64,000 nucleotides of DNA from Gammaproteobacteria bacterium (GCA_020050845.1 JAGVJZ010000027.1:3331-67330), one strand, 5' to 3'; positions 28,838 to 39,000 are shown, counted from the stretch's first letter. Translations and numbers: made by a program. The notes: a model not told the origin generated them from the sequence alone.

Positions 28838-30259
28838 ATGAGACGAACAAAAATAGTAGCAACCCTAGGTCCAGCTTCCGATGACCCTGAAATTCTTGGG
28901 TTGATGATGACCTATGGGGTAGATGTCGTTCGAATTAACTTTTCACATGGTGATCCTTCCGACCATGCCTACCGCGTGCAACAAGTGAGGGAAGTTGCAA
29001 AAAAAGTGGGCAAAGAAATTGCGATCTTAGCCGATCTGCAAGGACCTAAAATCCGCATTTCCCGTTTTAAGGATAAACAAGTTAACTTAGTACGAGGTCA
29101 AGAGTTCATTTTGGATGCGTCAAAAGCATCTGACGAAGGCAATGAAACTGCTGTTGGAATTGATTATAAACAACTACCACAAGATGTGTACGCAGGGGAC
29201 ACCCTGCTTTTGGACGATGGCCGTATTATTTTACATGTGGAGCATGTGAATCCGCCCCAAATTTTTTGTCGAGTGGAAATAGGTGGCATCCTTTCCAATA
29301 ACAAAGGCATTAATAAAAAAGGGGGCGGGCTTTCTGCAAAAGCTTTAACCGAAAAAGATAAAGCTGATATCAAAACTGCCTGTTCCCTAGATGTAGATTA
29401 CATTGCAGTTTCTTTTCCACGAACAGCCGATGACATCAAAGAAGCAAGAGAGCTAATTGAGGCAGCAGGTGGCACGGTAGGAATTATTGCTAAAATTGAA
29501 CGCCAAGAAGCCGTCGCTGCGATTGATGAAATTATTATTGCTTCAGATGGAGTCATGGTGGCGCGTGGAGATCTAGCTGTAGAGATCGGTGACGCAGAAG
29601 TCCCTGGGGTGCAAAAACATATTATTCATCGAGCACGTACGTTAGATCGTCCGGTGATTACCGCCACTCAAATGATGGAATCTATGATTCATAGCACTGT
29701 TCCAACCCGAGCAGAGGTTTCAGACGTGGCGAATGCAATTTTAGATGGAACAGACGCCGTCATGCTTTCCGCTGAAACGGCAGTTGGTTCTTATCCAGTA
29801 GAAGTGATCCAAGCGGTAACGCGCATTTGCCTGGGAGCAGAAAGGAATCCAAGAACGACGACTTCCCGGCATCGAGTTGAAATGCATTTTGATCGTATTG
29901 ATGAAGCCATCGCCATGGCCGTCATGTATACGGCTAATCACATGAGTATTAAAGCAATCATCGCCTTGACTGAATCAGGTGCCACGCCTTTGTGGATGTC
30001 ACGGATTCGATCGGGCATTCCCATTTTTGCATTGTGTCGTCATGTTAAAACTTTACGTAAAGTTACCCTCTACCGAGGTGTCTATCCAATACCATTCGAT
30101 GCCACTGCGGTATATCGTCCAGAGATCAATCGCAGAGCAGTTCAGGAATTATTGCAACGTGGTTTGGTCAGTAAGGGTGAGTTAGTTATTATCTCTAAAG
30201 GATCATCAATGGGAGTTCATGGCGGAACTAATTCAATGAAAATAGTTGAGGTTGGCTGA
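28838..30259 (+). CDS. pyk: Pyruvate kinase (PykA type)
   Basis: RRTKIVATLGP, DLQGPKIR, MVARGDL, TRAEVSDV. Confidence 0.97.
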   Translation: MRRTKIVATLGPASDDPEILGLMMTYGVDVVRINFSHGDPSDHAYRVQQVREVAKKVGKEIAILADLQGPKIRISRFKDKQVNLVRGQEFILDASKASDEGNETAVGIDYKQLPQDVYAGDTLLLDDGRIILHVEHVNPPQIFCRVEIGGILSNNKGINKKGGGLSAKALTEKDKADIKTACSLDVDYIAVSFPRTADDIKEARELIEAAGGTVGIIAKIERQEAVAAIDEIIIASDGVMVARGDLAVEIGDAEVPGVQKHIIHRARTLDRPVITATQMMESMIHSTVPTRAEVSDVANAILDGTDAVMLSAETAVGSYPVEVIQAVTRICLGAERNPRTTTSRHRVEMHFDRIDEAIAMAVMYTANHMSIKAIIALTESGATPLWMSRIRSGIPIFALCRHVKTLRKVTLYRGVYPIPFDATAVYRPEINRRAVQELLQRGLVSKGELVIISKGSSMGVHGGTNSMKIVEVG

Positions 30260-30260
30260 A

Positions 30261-30455
30261 ATGGAAACATTAACCACAGTATTATTAGTGGCAGGTGCGG
30301 GCGTGCTTGTCTGGTTTACCTACAAAAACGTGACTCGTAATCCTCAAGCGTTTAGCAAGGAGAATACCAGTCGTAGTATATTCACCTTAGGTATCTTGGC
30401 ATTAATATTAATTGCAGTGATTGCAATGTTAGTTTACCTGCTGAAAAATTTCTAA
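30261..30455 (+). CDS. Small two-TM membrane protein
   Basis: 64 aa, two hydrophobic segments around NPQAFSKEN; GAGG RBS; 1 bp after pyk. Confidence 0.7.
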   Translation: METLTTVLLVAGAGVLVWFTYKNVTRNPQAFSKENTSRSIFTLGILALILIAVIAMLVYLLKNF

Positions 30456-30458
30456 ACG

Positions 30459-30511
30459 TAGCTTGGGTGCAACCCAGGAACCTTTGATTTCCTGGGTTTG
30501 CACCCAGGCTA
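30459..30511. repeat. Inverted REP-like pair (GTAG-type), possible terminator of the tkt-pyk operon
   Basis: TAGCTTGGGTGCAACCCAGGAA vs TTCCTGGGTTTGCACCCAGGCTA; each arm is itself a hairpin. Confidence 0.7.
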
Positions 30512-30535
30512 GGTATTAGAGTAGTATAGAGACTT

Positions 30536-31138
30536 ATGAAAAAACCTCATTACAACAACGCTACTTTTTTGTTAAGCGCACCTACTCTAGTTGAATTACC
30601 TCCTGACCACGGTATGGAAGTTGCTTTTATCGGTCGGTCCAACGCTGGCAAATCAAGTGCCTTAAACACTATTACCGGCATAAAAGCTTTAGCACGAACC
30701 AGTAAAACACCTGGCCGTACTCAAATGATTAATCTTTTTAGGCTTGACGATCAGCGACGCTTAGTTGACTTGCCAGGATATGGTTATGCGAAAGTTCCTT
30801 TAGCGATCAAGCATCGTTGGCAAAAAAACATCAATGAATACCTCCAAAAGCGTGAATGTTTAAAAGGTCTTATTTTAATCATGGATATTCGACATCCCTT
30901 AAAAGAGTATGATCAACAATGCCTAGAATGGGCATTTCATTCGAATCTTCCAACTCATATTTTGCTCACTAAAGCAGATAAGTTAAGTCGTGGCGCTGCC
31001 ATTAACACACTTATTGAAGTACGAAAAGCAATTGAACACATGCAAAGTACTAGCGTCCAATTATTTTCTTCATTAAATAAAGTAGGTCTTGACGAAGCGC
31101 TGCTGCAACTTGATAGTTGGTATACTGAGGAAGAGTAG
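30536..31138 (+). CDS. engB: Ribosome biogenesis GTPase YihA/EngB
   Basis: [27 protein letters not shown]. Confidence 0.96.
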   Translation: MKKPHYNNATFLLSAPTLVELPPDHGMEVAFIGRSNAGKSSALNTITGIKALARTSKTPGRTQMINLFRLDDQRRLVDLPGYGYAKVPLAIKHRWQKNINEYLQKRECLKGLILIMDIRHPLKEYDQQCLEWAFHSNLPTHILLTKADKLSRGAAINTLIEVRKAIEHMQSTSVQLFSSLNKVGLDEALLQLDSWYTEEE

Positions 31139-31323
31139 TTTTCTTAGCAACCGTAAAATATTGTATCCGAATTTAATGCAACAATCGTGCCCGCGCCCGA
31201 TTAAGCTGGTGAGTTGCAGAAAGTTTGTGAGATCAATCACCCCCTCCACTCAAATAGCTAACCTTGATTGCACTAGAGGCTTATGAAAGTTACTCTAGTA
31301 TGGTTCTTAACGAAGGTTATGCC

Positions 31324-33066
31324 ATGTCGTTTTCGCCAAAAAAAATCTTTTCAAAGTTTGAAATGACGAGTTTGTCTTTTCCCAATTATTGGGATTTGGC
31401 GGCGATCATCTTGGTATTAGCCATCTTAGTTATTTTGGGGTTTGGCGTTCATCAAATGTCACTGCCCTATCAAACTGGCGAAACAATTCCTATTTCTTTG
31501 GATCCTTGGAATCTACCTTACTATGCGCTTCGCTCTGTCTTGCGGATGTTAATTTCTTTAGTGTTCAGTTTAGTGTTTACCTTTATTTTTGGAACTTTAG
31601 CGGCTCGAAGTAAACATGCTGAACGAATTATTATTCCGATGATTGATGTTTTACAATCGGTACCGGTTTTATCTTTTCTATCACTCACGATTGTCGGTTT
31701 CATTGCGCTTTTTCCAGGTAGTATGTGGGGCCCGGAGTGTGCAGCCATTTTTGCTATTTTTACTTCTCAAGCTTGGAATATTGCTTTGAGCTTTTATCAA
31801 AGCTTGCGGACCGTACCTTATGAACTTCAAGAAGCAGCGTCGATGTTTCACCTTTCATTTTGGCAACGTTTTTGGCGTCTAGATGTTCCTTTTGCTATGC
31901 CTGCGCTGCTTTGGAATATTATGGTGTCGATGTCTGCCAGTTGGTTCTTTGTGGTTGCCGCTGAGTCAATTACTGTTGCTAACCATAATATTATGTTACC
32001 AGGGATTGGTTCTTACATTGCCTTGGCCGTATTAAAAGCAGATGGATGGAGCGTTTTTTATGCCATCTTAGCCATGTTGATAGTGATCTTCTTATACGAT
32101 CAACTTTTATTTCGACCATTAAGTAATTGGGGTGAACGATTCAAATTCGAGCAAGACGACGACAATACCCGTAGCGGTACTTGGTTGGCAGCATTATTCG
32201 AAAATACAACCTGGGTTCGACGTAGTGGCATACTCTTGAAAAAATTTTGGGAATCATTTGTTAATATTCGTTTGTTGCAAGGGCAAGCACAAGTTATTCC
32301 AAGCTACAATCAAAAGTGGCAAAAATTATTAGTTATCTTCTGGTATGTCTTTCTCTTTGCAATACTTGCTATGAGCTTGGCGATTGTCAGCAAATTTATT
32401 TTTGCTTATGTATCATTCAAAGAAGGCTTCCATGTTATTTATCTTGGGCTAATCACCTGTACTCGGGTCATGGTATTAATTGTGTTATGTTCCTTCATCT
32501 GGGTACCGGTTGGTGTTTGGATTGGTCTTAGGCCTAAGTACGTCGATTTTTTTCAACCGATTATTCAAATGTTAGCCGCGTTTCCTGCGAATCTTTTTTT
32601 CCCGGTTGTCGTGATGTTGATCGTTCGATATCACATGAACGTCGAGATTTGGACTTCGCCACTCATGATCCTTGGAACACAATGGTATATTCTTTTTAAT
32701 GTCATTGCCGGTGTGAGCGCTTTACCAAAAGAAATGCAGCAGGTGGCCAGTAATTTTAATGTCAATGGCTGGCTTTGGTGGAAGAGGATAGTGTTACCCG
32801 GTATTTTTCCTTATTATGTTACGGGTGCTATTACAGCAGCAGGTGGTGCTTGGAATGCGAGTATCATTGCAGAAGCAGTTAACTGGGGACAGACTAAACT
32901 CGTTGCTACTGGCTTGGGTGCTTATATTACTGTCCAAGCGACGAATGGCGACTTTCCTCGCCTGGTTTTAGGAACAGGAGTAATGTGTTTATTCGTGATA
33001 GCCATTAATCGAATTTTATGGGGTCCATTATACAACTTAGCGGATGAACGCTTTCGTCTGGAGTGA
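31324..33066 (+). CDS. ABC transporter permease, duplicated BPD_transp domains (NitT/TauT family)
   Basis: Many TM helices, LQSVPVL, EAA-like loops; start re-set to ATG 31324. Confidence 0.88.
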   Translation: MSFSPKKIFSKFEMTSLSFPNYWDLAAIILVLAILVILGFGVHQMSLPYQTGETIPISLDPWNLPYYALRSVLRMLISLVFSLVFTFIFGTLAARSKHAERIIIPMIDVLQSVPVLSFLSLTIVGFIALFPGSMWGPECAAIFAIFTSQAWNIALSFYQSLRTVPYELQEAASMFHLSFWQRFWRLDVPFAMPALLWNIMVSMSASWFFVVAAESITVANHNIMLPGIGSYIALAVLKADGWSVFYAILAMLIVIFLYDQLLFRPLSNWGERFKFEQDDDNTRSGTWLAALFENTTWVRRSGILLKKFWESFVNIRLLQGQAQVIPSYNQKWQKLLVIFWYVFLFAILAMSLAIVSKFIFAYVSFKEGFHVIYLGLITCTRVMVLIVLCSFIWVPVGVWIGLRPKYVDFFQPIIQMLAAFPANLFFPVVVMLIVRYHMNVEIWTSPLMILGTQWYILFNVIAGVSALPKEMQQVASNFNVNGWLWWKRIVLPGIFPYYVTGAITAAGGAWNASIIAEAVNWGQTKLVATGLGAYITVQATNGDFPRLVLGTGVMCLFVIAINRILWGPLYNLADERFRLE

Positions 33067-33069
33067 GCT

Positions 33070-34389
33070 ATGACTCAGAAGATCACTGCGTTGTCTTCAA
33101 ATCTGATTGAGACAATGGGTGTTAAAAAATCTTTCAAAAAAAGTGACCATCAAGACTTATTAGTGCTTGAGGATGTTAACTTTATTCTTAGAGAAAATGA
33201 GATTGTTGCTCTGTTAGGAAAATCAGGTTCTGGTAAATCGACACTAATGCGAATCATTTCAGGTTTAATTCCAGCAACGGCAGGTGAAGTGATTTACTTG
33301 GGCAAACCTGTAAATGGTCCAGTCAAGGGCATGGCAATGGTTTTCCAGAATTTTGCATTATTACCGTGGCTCACTGTTTTGCAAAATGTGGAATTAGGTT
33401 TAGAAGCGCTAGGAGTGTCTAAATCAGAACGTCGAGCGCGAGCGATCGAGGCGATTGATGTCATAGGCTTAGATGGTTTTGAATCGGCTTACCCCAAAGA
33501 ACTTTCAGGTGGTATGAGTCAACGGGTGGGATTTGCCAGAGCATTGGTTGTTGATCCTACCGTATTATTAATGGACGAACCTTTTTCAGCGCTTGATGTA
33601 TTAACAGCGGATAACTTACGAAGTGATTTATTAGATCTTTGGCAAGAAAAAAAGACCCACATTAAAGGAATTATTTGCGTTACCCACAATATCGAGGAAG
33701 CAGCAATTCTTGCAGATCGTATTTTAATTTTTGGTGCCGATCCAGGTTATATCAAAGATGATCTTGCAGTAGATTTACCTCGTCCTCGAAACGCTCAAGA
33801 TCCAAAATTTCGAAAGCTCGTAGATGAAATTTACACCCTCATGACGACACCATCAGCCGATAGAATCAGCGTTGCTGGCGTCCGTTACAAAACAATTGGC
33901 TTAGGGTTTAGATTACCTTATGTAGAAATTTCAGAATTAACAGGTTTTATGGAAGCACTCGATTCGCCTGATTACCAAGATAGAGTTGACTTGCCAGAAC
34001 TCGCAGAAGACTTACAACTTAATGTTGATGACTTATTTCATATTATTGAAGCACTTGAAATTATGCGATTTGCTTATGTTTCTAAGGGAGATATCGAGTT
34101 AACTGGTGCTGGAAAATTATTTGCGCAGGCAGATATTTTAAGGCGAAAGCAAATCTTTGCAGCACATCTTTTGAGCTATGTACCTTTAGCGCGCCATATT
34201 CGCCGAGTGTTAGATGAAAGACCAGAACATGTTGCTTCAGAAGATCGCTTTTTAAGAGAATTAGAAGATTACCTGAGTCAGGAAGCAGCAGAAGAAGTTT
34301 TAAAAATAGTCATTGAGTGGGGACGATATGCAGAAATTTTCGCCTATGACTATAACACTGGTATTTTAAGTTTGGAAAATCCTGAGTAA
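33070..34389 (+). CDS. NitT/TauT-family ABC ATPase with C-terminal AAA-associated domain
   Basis: GKSGSGKST, LSGGM, LMDEPFSALD, C-terminal WGRYAEIF. Confidence 0.9.
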   Translation: MTQKITALSSNLIETMGVKKSFKKSDHQDLLVLEDVNFILRENEIVALLGKSGSGKSTLMRIISGLIPATAGEVIYLGKPVNGPVKGMAMVFQNFALLPWLTVLQNVELGLEALGVSKSERRARAIEAIDVIGLDGFESAYPKELSGGMSQRVGFARALVVDPTVLLMDEPFSALDVLTADNLRSDLLDLWQEKKTHIKGIICVTHNIEEAAILADRILIFGADPGYIKDDLAVDLPRPRNAQDPKFRKLVDEIYTLMTTPSADRISVAGVRYKTIGLGFRLPYVEISELTGFMEALDSPDYQDRVDLPELAEDLQLNVDDLFHIIEALEIMRFAYVSKGDIELTGAGKLFAQADILRRKQIFAAHLLSYVPLARHIRRVLDERPEHVASEDRFLRELEDYLSQEAAEEVLKIVIEWGRYAEIFAYDYNTGILSLENPE

Positions 34390-34405
34390 CCATTTAAGGA
34401 TAAAC

Positions 34406-35290
34406 ATGCTAACTACCCTAGACATCATTGATTGGTTTCAAGAAATACCGAATGACTTAGCGCAGACAGCAGTTCAAGCACTTGAGTCAGGACAAGTTCT
34501 ATTTTTGCCAAACTTAAATTTTGCTTTGAAAAAAGAAGAACAAAATTTTTTATCACCACAATATGCTGATACGCGAACTAAAAATATTAGTTATGATATT
34601 AATCATCATCGTCTAAGAGGTTTGGTTTGTGATGACGAAGAGCGCGAATATTTTGAAAATATGATGGCGCGTTTTGCGAAACAGTCACAAATTTTAATCA
34701 GACACTTACTTAATCATTACGCACCTTCATTATTATCAGCGCGCACCAGTTTCAGGCCCGTTGAAATCGCGGGCAGAATAGCACCCTCATATCGTAAAGA
34801 TGACACTCGTTTACATGTCGATGCTTTTCCTGCTAATCCTACTCAAGGTAAACGAATTCTACGACTATTCACTAACGTCAATCCTGTCTCAAAACCGAGG
34901 GTTTGGCGACTAGGAGAACCTTTTGAAGAAGTTGCTAAACAATTTCACCCTAGCTTAAAGAGACCTGTTTTTGGTAGTGCGTATTTGCTTCAAGCTTTAA
35001 AGATCACAAAGGCAAGGCGAACACTTTACGATCATTATATGCTGCAGCTCCATGACAATATGAAAGCAGATCTTGATTATCAAAAAACGGTAGCACAACA
35101 ACAAGTCGAATTTCCCGCCGGAAGCAGTTGGATCGTATACACGGATCAAGTTTCCCATGCTGCAATGGCAGGACAATTCACTTTCGAACAAACATTTTAT
35201 TTGCCGCCCGAAGGTTTACTCGAGCCGTCAAAATCTCCTTTGGGAGTTTTAGAAGGAATGCTAAATAAAGATTTGATTAGTTTGTTCTAA
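34406..35290 (+). CDS. kdoO: Kdo 3-hydroxylase (KdoO family)
   Basis: ALESGQVL, SYRKDDTRLHVDAFP, RILRLFTNVNP, YDHYMLQLHD, HAAMAGQ. Confidence 0.88.
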   Translation: MLTTLDIIDWFQEIPNDLAQTAVQALESGQVLFLPNLNFALKKEEQNFLSPQYADTRTKNISYDINHHRLRGLVCDDEEREYFENMMARFAKQSQILIRHLLNHYAPSLLSARTSFRPVEIAGRIAPSYRKDDTRLHVDAFPANPTQGKRILRLFTNVNPVSKPRVWRLGEPFEEVAKQFHPSLKRPVFGSAYLLQALKITKARRTLYDHYMLQLHDNMKADLDYQKTVAQQQVEFPAGSSWIVYTDQVSHAAMAGQFTFEQTFYLPPEGLLEPSKSPLGVLEGMLNKDLISLF

Positions 35291-35302
35291 AGCGTTTTTT
35301 TT

Positions 35303-35417
35303 TGTCATCTTAAGCTTTTTCCCTTCTCCCACTTATGAGAGAAGGTGGCCGAAGGCCGGATGAGGGCCCTCACCCACAAGGGATAACGCTTAAGTGGATG
35401 CCTACGCGGGAATGACA
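35303..35417. repeat. Composite palindromic repeat between kdoO and the RsmB/F-type gene
   Basis: CCCTTCTCCC...GAGAAGGTGGCCGAAGGCCGGATGAGGG...CCCTCACCC, flanked by CTTAAGC/GCTTAAG and GTCAT / CGCGGGAATGAC ends. Confidence 0.6.
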
Positions 35418-36349
35418 CGCAATTTAGCAATATAAAACCCAGCCATCAGTTCGTTAGGAATTATTCTAATCGTATTAACTAAAGATTCATCGAACACTTC
35501 TTTATGCCAGTGTGTTAAACCAGTTTGATAATTGTCAAAAGGTATTGCTAAAGGTTGCACTTCTATACTCTTTCCAAATTTATCTAACGCATATTGAATG
35601 ATTGCTTCATTTTCTTCAGGAGCATATGAACAAGTACAATAAATAAGGCTGCCGCCTGGTTTGAGACATTTTATGGCGGAGTAAATTAATTTTTTTTGTT
35701 TGCGGTTCATTTCCAAGATTTTTTTTTCGCTCCAAAACGCAAAACTTTTTGGATCTTTTGGATCAAATCTTGCTTCTGCTGAACAAGGAGCATCCAATAA
35801 GACGCGATCAAATCTTGCCGGAACCACTCGCCATAAAGCTGAACCATCCTTGCAATAAGTGGCAACGATATTAGCGCCTGCCAAGTTAATATTGGAACGC
35901 AGTTTAAAAAAACGATCTCGGACCGGTTCAATTGCTGCAATTCTTCCCTGATTATGCATAAGGTCGGCGATGTGCAATGTTTTACCACCAGGCGCTGCTG
36001 CCAAGTCTAAAATTTCCTCGCCAGGGTTTGGATCTAATGCGAGCGAAGCAAAAAGACTTGAAGCATTTTGAATGTAAATTTCACCCTCAGAGAAATAGCT
36101 GGTCTGCGTAAGTAAACGTTTTTGCGCTGTTGGAACATAATAGGCATTTTGACACCAATCAATTGGAGTGACGTCGAGATCAAGCTTCCCCAGAACAGCG
36201 TCGGGACTTATCTTTAATGTGTTGATTCTGAATGAAGTCAATCTTTCTGAATTAAAGACCCTTAGAAATTGTGCATAGTTTTCGGGCGATAAGATGGCGG
36301 TGAGGCGCTGGAGAAAGGCAGGCGGTAGAGAAATGTCTGGAGGATTCAT
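35402..36349 (-). CDS. RsmB/RsmF (NOL1/NOP2/Sun) RNA m5C methyltransferase, catalytic-domain-only form
   Basis: LDLAAAPGGKT, LLDAPCS, YCTCSYAPEENE. Confidence 0.9.
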   Translation of the reverse strand: MNPPDISLPPAFLQRLTAILSPENYAQFLRVFNSERLTSFRINTLKISPDAVLGKLDLDVTPIDWCQNAYYVPTAQKRLLTQTSYFSEGEIYIQNASSLFASLALDPNPGEEILDLAAAPGGKTLHIADLMHNQGRIAAIEPVRDRFFKLRSNINLAGANIVATYCKDGSALWRVVPARFDRVLLDAPCSAEARFDPKDPKSFAFWSEKKILEMNRKQKKLIYSAIKCLKPGGSLIYCTCSYAPEENEAIIQYALDKFGKSIEVQPLAIPFDNYQTGLTHWHKEVFDESLVNTIRIIPNELMAGFYIAKLRVIPA

Positions 36350-36405
36350 GCGCTTATATTCATAATGTATACACGATGCGGAATATTTAACAGGAGGTAG
36401 CTCAA

Positions 36406-37776
36406 ATGTCCACCTTTGAAATCAGAAATCCTGCTAACGGTACTTTGATCAATACTTATGAAGAAATGTCAGTCAGTGAAGTAGAGAGCATCATCGATAA
36501 GGGTCATGAGACTTTCAAAGAATGGCATAAAACTAGCTTCGAAACTCGTAGAATGCTGATGCGCAAAGCAGGAGAGGTCTTGCGCAATAATGCTCGCGAT
36601 TATGCGAAATTAATGACGATCGAAATGGGTAAACCGATTAAAAGTGGTATCAATGAAATTGAAAAATGTGCCTGGTGTTGTGATTTTTATGCAGATAATG
36701 CTGAAAAATTTTTGGCTCCTGTCCCGGTCGCTAATGGCACGTCTAAAAGCTATATCACCTTTAATCCGCTAGGGACGATATTGGGGATCATGCCGTGGAA
36801 TTTTCCTTTTTGGCAAGTTTTTCGATTCGCAGTTCCGACTTTGATGGCTGGTAACACCGCTTTACTAAAGCATTCACTGAATACCACCGGGTGTTCTTTG
36901 GCGATTGAGGAGATTTTTCATCAGGCTGGTTTCCCTCATGGTACCTTTCGAAGTTTAATCGTAAGTGGCGAAAGCATTGATAAAGCAATCCCACATCGTC
37001 ACATTGCCGCCGTTTCACTGACGGGAAGTACTCCTGCTGGTAAAACTGTTGCAGAAATCGCAGGACGACATCTTAAAAAAGTGGTGTTGGAATTGGGAGG
37101 AAGTGATCCTTATTTAATTTTAGAAGATGCTGATTTAGAGCAGGCAGCTGATGTCTGTGTCGCTAGTCGCTTAACCAATTCTGGTCAAAGTTGCATTGCC
37201 GCAAAGCGTTTTATTGTTTTGAATTCTGTAAAAGAAGAATTTGAAAAATTATTCGTAAAAAAAATGAGTGAAGCCAAAATGGGTGATCCAATCAAGGAAG
37301 ATACCGATGTGGGCCCCCAAGCACGTTATGACCTTCGTGATCATTTACATCAGCAAGTAGAAAAAAGTATACGTGAAGGAGCTAAATGTTTGTTAGGAGG
37401 TAAAATTCCTAATTTGCCAGGTGCTTATTATCCGCCAACTGTTTTAACCAACGTTAAGCCAGGTATGCCTGCTTATGACGAAGAATTGTTTGGGCCGGTT
37501 GCCGCCATCATCGGAGCCAAAGATGAGGATGAAGCCATTACAATAGCAAATGATACAATCTATGGATTAGGTGCGGCTGTCTTCACAAATGATTTGTCGC
37601 GAGGAGAAAGAATAGCGGCTAACAAGTTAATTGCCGGAAGTTGTTTTGTGAATAGTCTTGTTAAATCTGATCCACGGTTGCCATTTGGTGGCGTTAAAGA
37701 AAGTGGCTATGGTCGGGAGCTTTCTGAGTTTGGGATTAGAGAATTTGTAAATATTAAAACGGTGGTGATTGATTAA
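36406..37776 (+). CDS. NAD(P)-dependent succinate-semialdehyde dehydrogenase-like aldehyde dehydrogenase
   Basis: IMPWNFPFWQ, LELGGSDP, GQSCIAAKR, EELFGP. Confidence 0.9.
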   Translation: MSTFEIRNPANGTLINTYEEMSVSEVESIIDKGHETFKEWHKTSFETRRMLMRKAGEVLRNNARDYAKLMTIEMGKPIKSGINEIEKCAWCCDFYADNAEKFLAPVPVANGTSKSYITFNPLGTILGIMPWNFPFWQVFRFAVPTLMAGNTALLKHSLNTTGCSLAIEEIFHQAGFPHGTFRSLIVSGESIDKAIPHRHIAAVSLTGSTPAGKTVAEIAGRHLKKVVLELGGSDPYLILEDADLEQAADVCVASRLTNSGQSCIAAKRFIVLNSVKEEFEKLFVKKMSEAKMGDPIKEDTDVGPQARYDLRDHLHQQVEKSIREGAKCLLGGKIPNLPGAYYPPTVLTNVKPGMPAYDEELFGPVAAIIGAKDEDEAITIANDTIYGLGAAVFTNDLSRGERIAANKLIAGSCFVNSLVKSDPRLPFGGVKESGYGRELSEFGIREFVNIKTVVID

Positions 37777-37783
37777 GCCTAAG

Positions 37784-38239
37784 TTACAAACGACGTAGTA
37801 ATTCTTTTATTTCAGATAAGACTTGATCGATTTGTTTAATTGAGCGGGGCATGACAAAAAGAGTGTCATCACCTGCTACTGTACCCAGGACGCCTAATTT
37901 GGCAAGATTATGGTCGATCAATCGACCAAACAGAGAAGCTGAACCTGGACTAGTGTGAATCACGATGACAGTCTCATTGGCTTCAATATCAATAATTAAA
38001 TTTGCGAGAGTACTTTTAGCCTGTGGGGGCGCAGGTTCTTTTGGCAAACAATAAACAACTTGACCAAACTCATTACTTGCTTTGATCGCGCCAATTTTGC
38101 GAAGCAAACGGGAAATTTTTGCTTGGTTAACATCAAATCCAAGTTTAGTAAGATGTTGCTTGATGTCTTCTTGAGTGCTAGCTGAGCCTTCGATCAGCAG
38201 CTTTTTTAAACCCTCAAGCATAGTAGATGGCTTGGCCAT
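37784..38239 (-). CDS. argR: Arginine repressor
   Basis: TQEDI, QAKISR, HTSPGSA, GTVAGDDT; start re-set to ATG 38239. Confidence 0.93.
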   Translation of the reverse strand: MAKPSTMLEGLKKLLIEGSASTQEDIKQHLTKLGFDVNQAKISRLLRKIGAIKASNEFGQVVYCLPKEPAPPQAKSTLANLIIDIEANETVIVIHTSPGSASLFGRLIDHNLAKLGVLGTVAGDDTLFVMPRSIKQIDQVLSEIKELLRRL

Positions 38240-38271
38240 AATATGAAACTCCACTATTTATTAGGTACAAA

Positions 38272-39000
38272 ATGCGACTAGCAAGAATATATTATGAAGG
38301 TAAGTTAGGTATCGAATTACTGATTACTTTACCACAAGATACAAGTCACTACCTACTACATGTTTTAAGATTAAAAGTGGGCTCGGCGGTTCTTCTCTTT
38401 AATGGTGAAGGTGGACAATACCTTGGCACAATCGCTGATATTGGCAAGAAAAGAGTCCTCGTAAATGTCGCCCAGTTTCAACCGCTCAAGACAGAATCAT
38501 CTTGTAATATTCACCTAGCACAAGCCCTTGGTAAAGGCGAGAAAATGGATTGGGTAATTCAAAAGGCGGTTGAGGTAGGCATATCAGAAATCACTCCACT
38601 CTTAACTGAATTCTGTAATGTTAAGCTAGATGAGAGCCGTGCTGATAAGCGCTGGAGCCATTGGCAAAACATTATGATTAGTGCTTGTGAACAATCGGGG
38701 CGGGCAACGTTACCTAAATTAAATCCCATTATTCAATATAAGCACTGGCTGCCAAAAATGAATTCCTCGCTGAAGCTAATCTGCCATCCTACCTGCGGTA
38801 GTAGTCTGAATAGTCTCGCTCCTAGCCGTGATATTACTGTACTAATCGGTCCTGAAGGAGGTTGGTCTGAAGATGAGCTGACCCTGGCGTTGCAAGAAGG
38901 TTTTGTCGGGGTTGCATTAGGGCCGAGAATACTGCGTATGGAGACGGCCGCTGTGGTTGCGGTGGCTTTATTACAAGCTAAGTTTGGGGATTTAATGTGA
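38272..39000 (+). CDS. rsmE: 16S rRNA m3U1498 methyltransferase
   Basis: HVLRL, QKAVEVG, IGPEGG, LGPRILRMETA. Confidence 0.96.
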   Translation: MRLARIYYEGKLGIELLITLPQDTSHYLLHVLRLKVGSAVLLFNGEGGQYLGTIADIGKKRVLVNVAQFQPLKTESSCNIHLAQALGKGEKMDWVIQKAVEVGISEITPLLTEFCNVKLDESRADKRWSHWQNIMISACEQSGRATLPKLNPIIQYKHWLPKMNSSLKLICHPTCGSSLNSLAPSRDITVLIGPEGGWSEDELTLALQEGFVGVALGPRILRMETAAVVAVALLQAKFGDLM

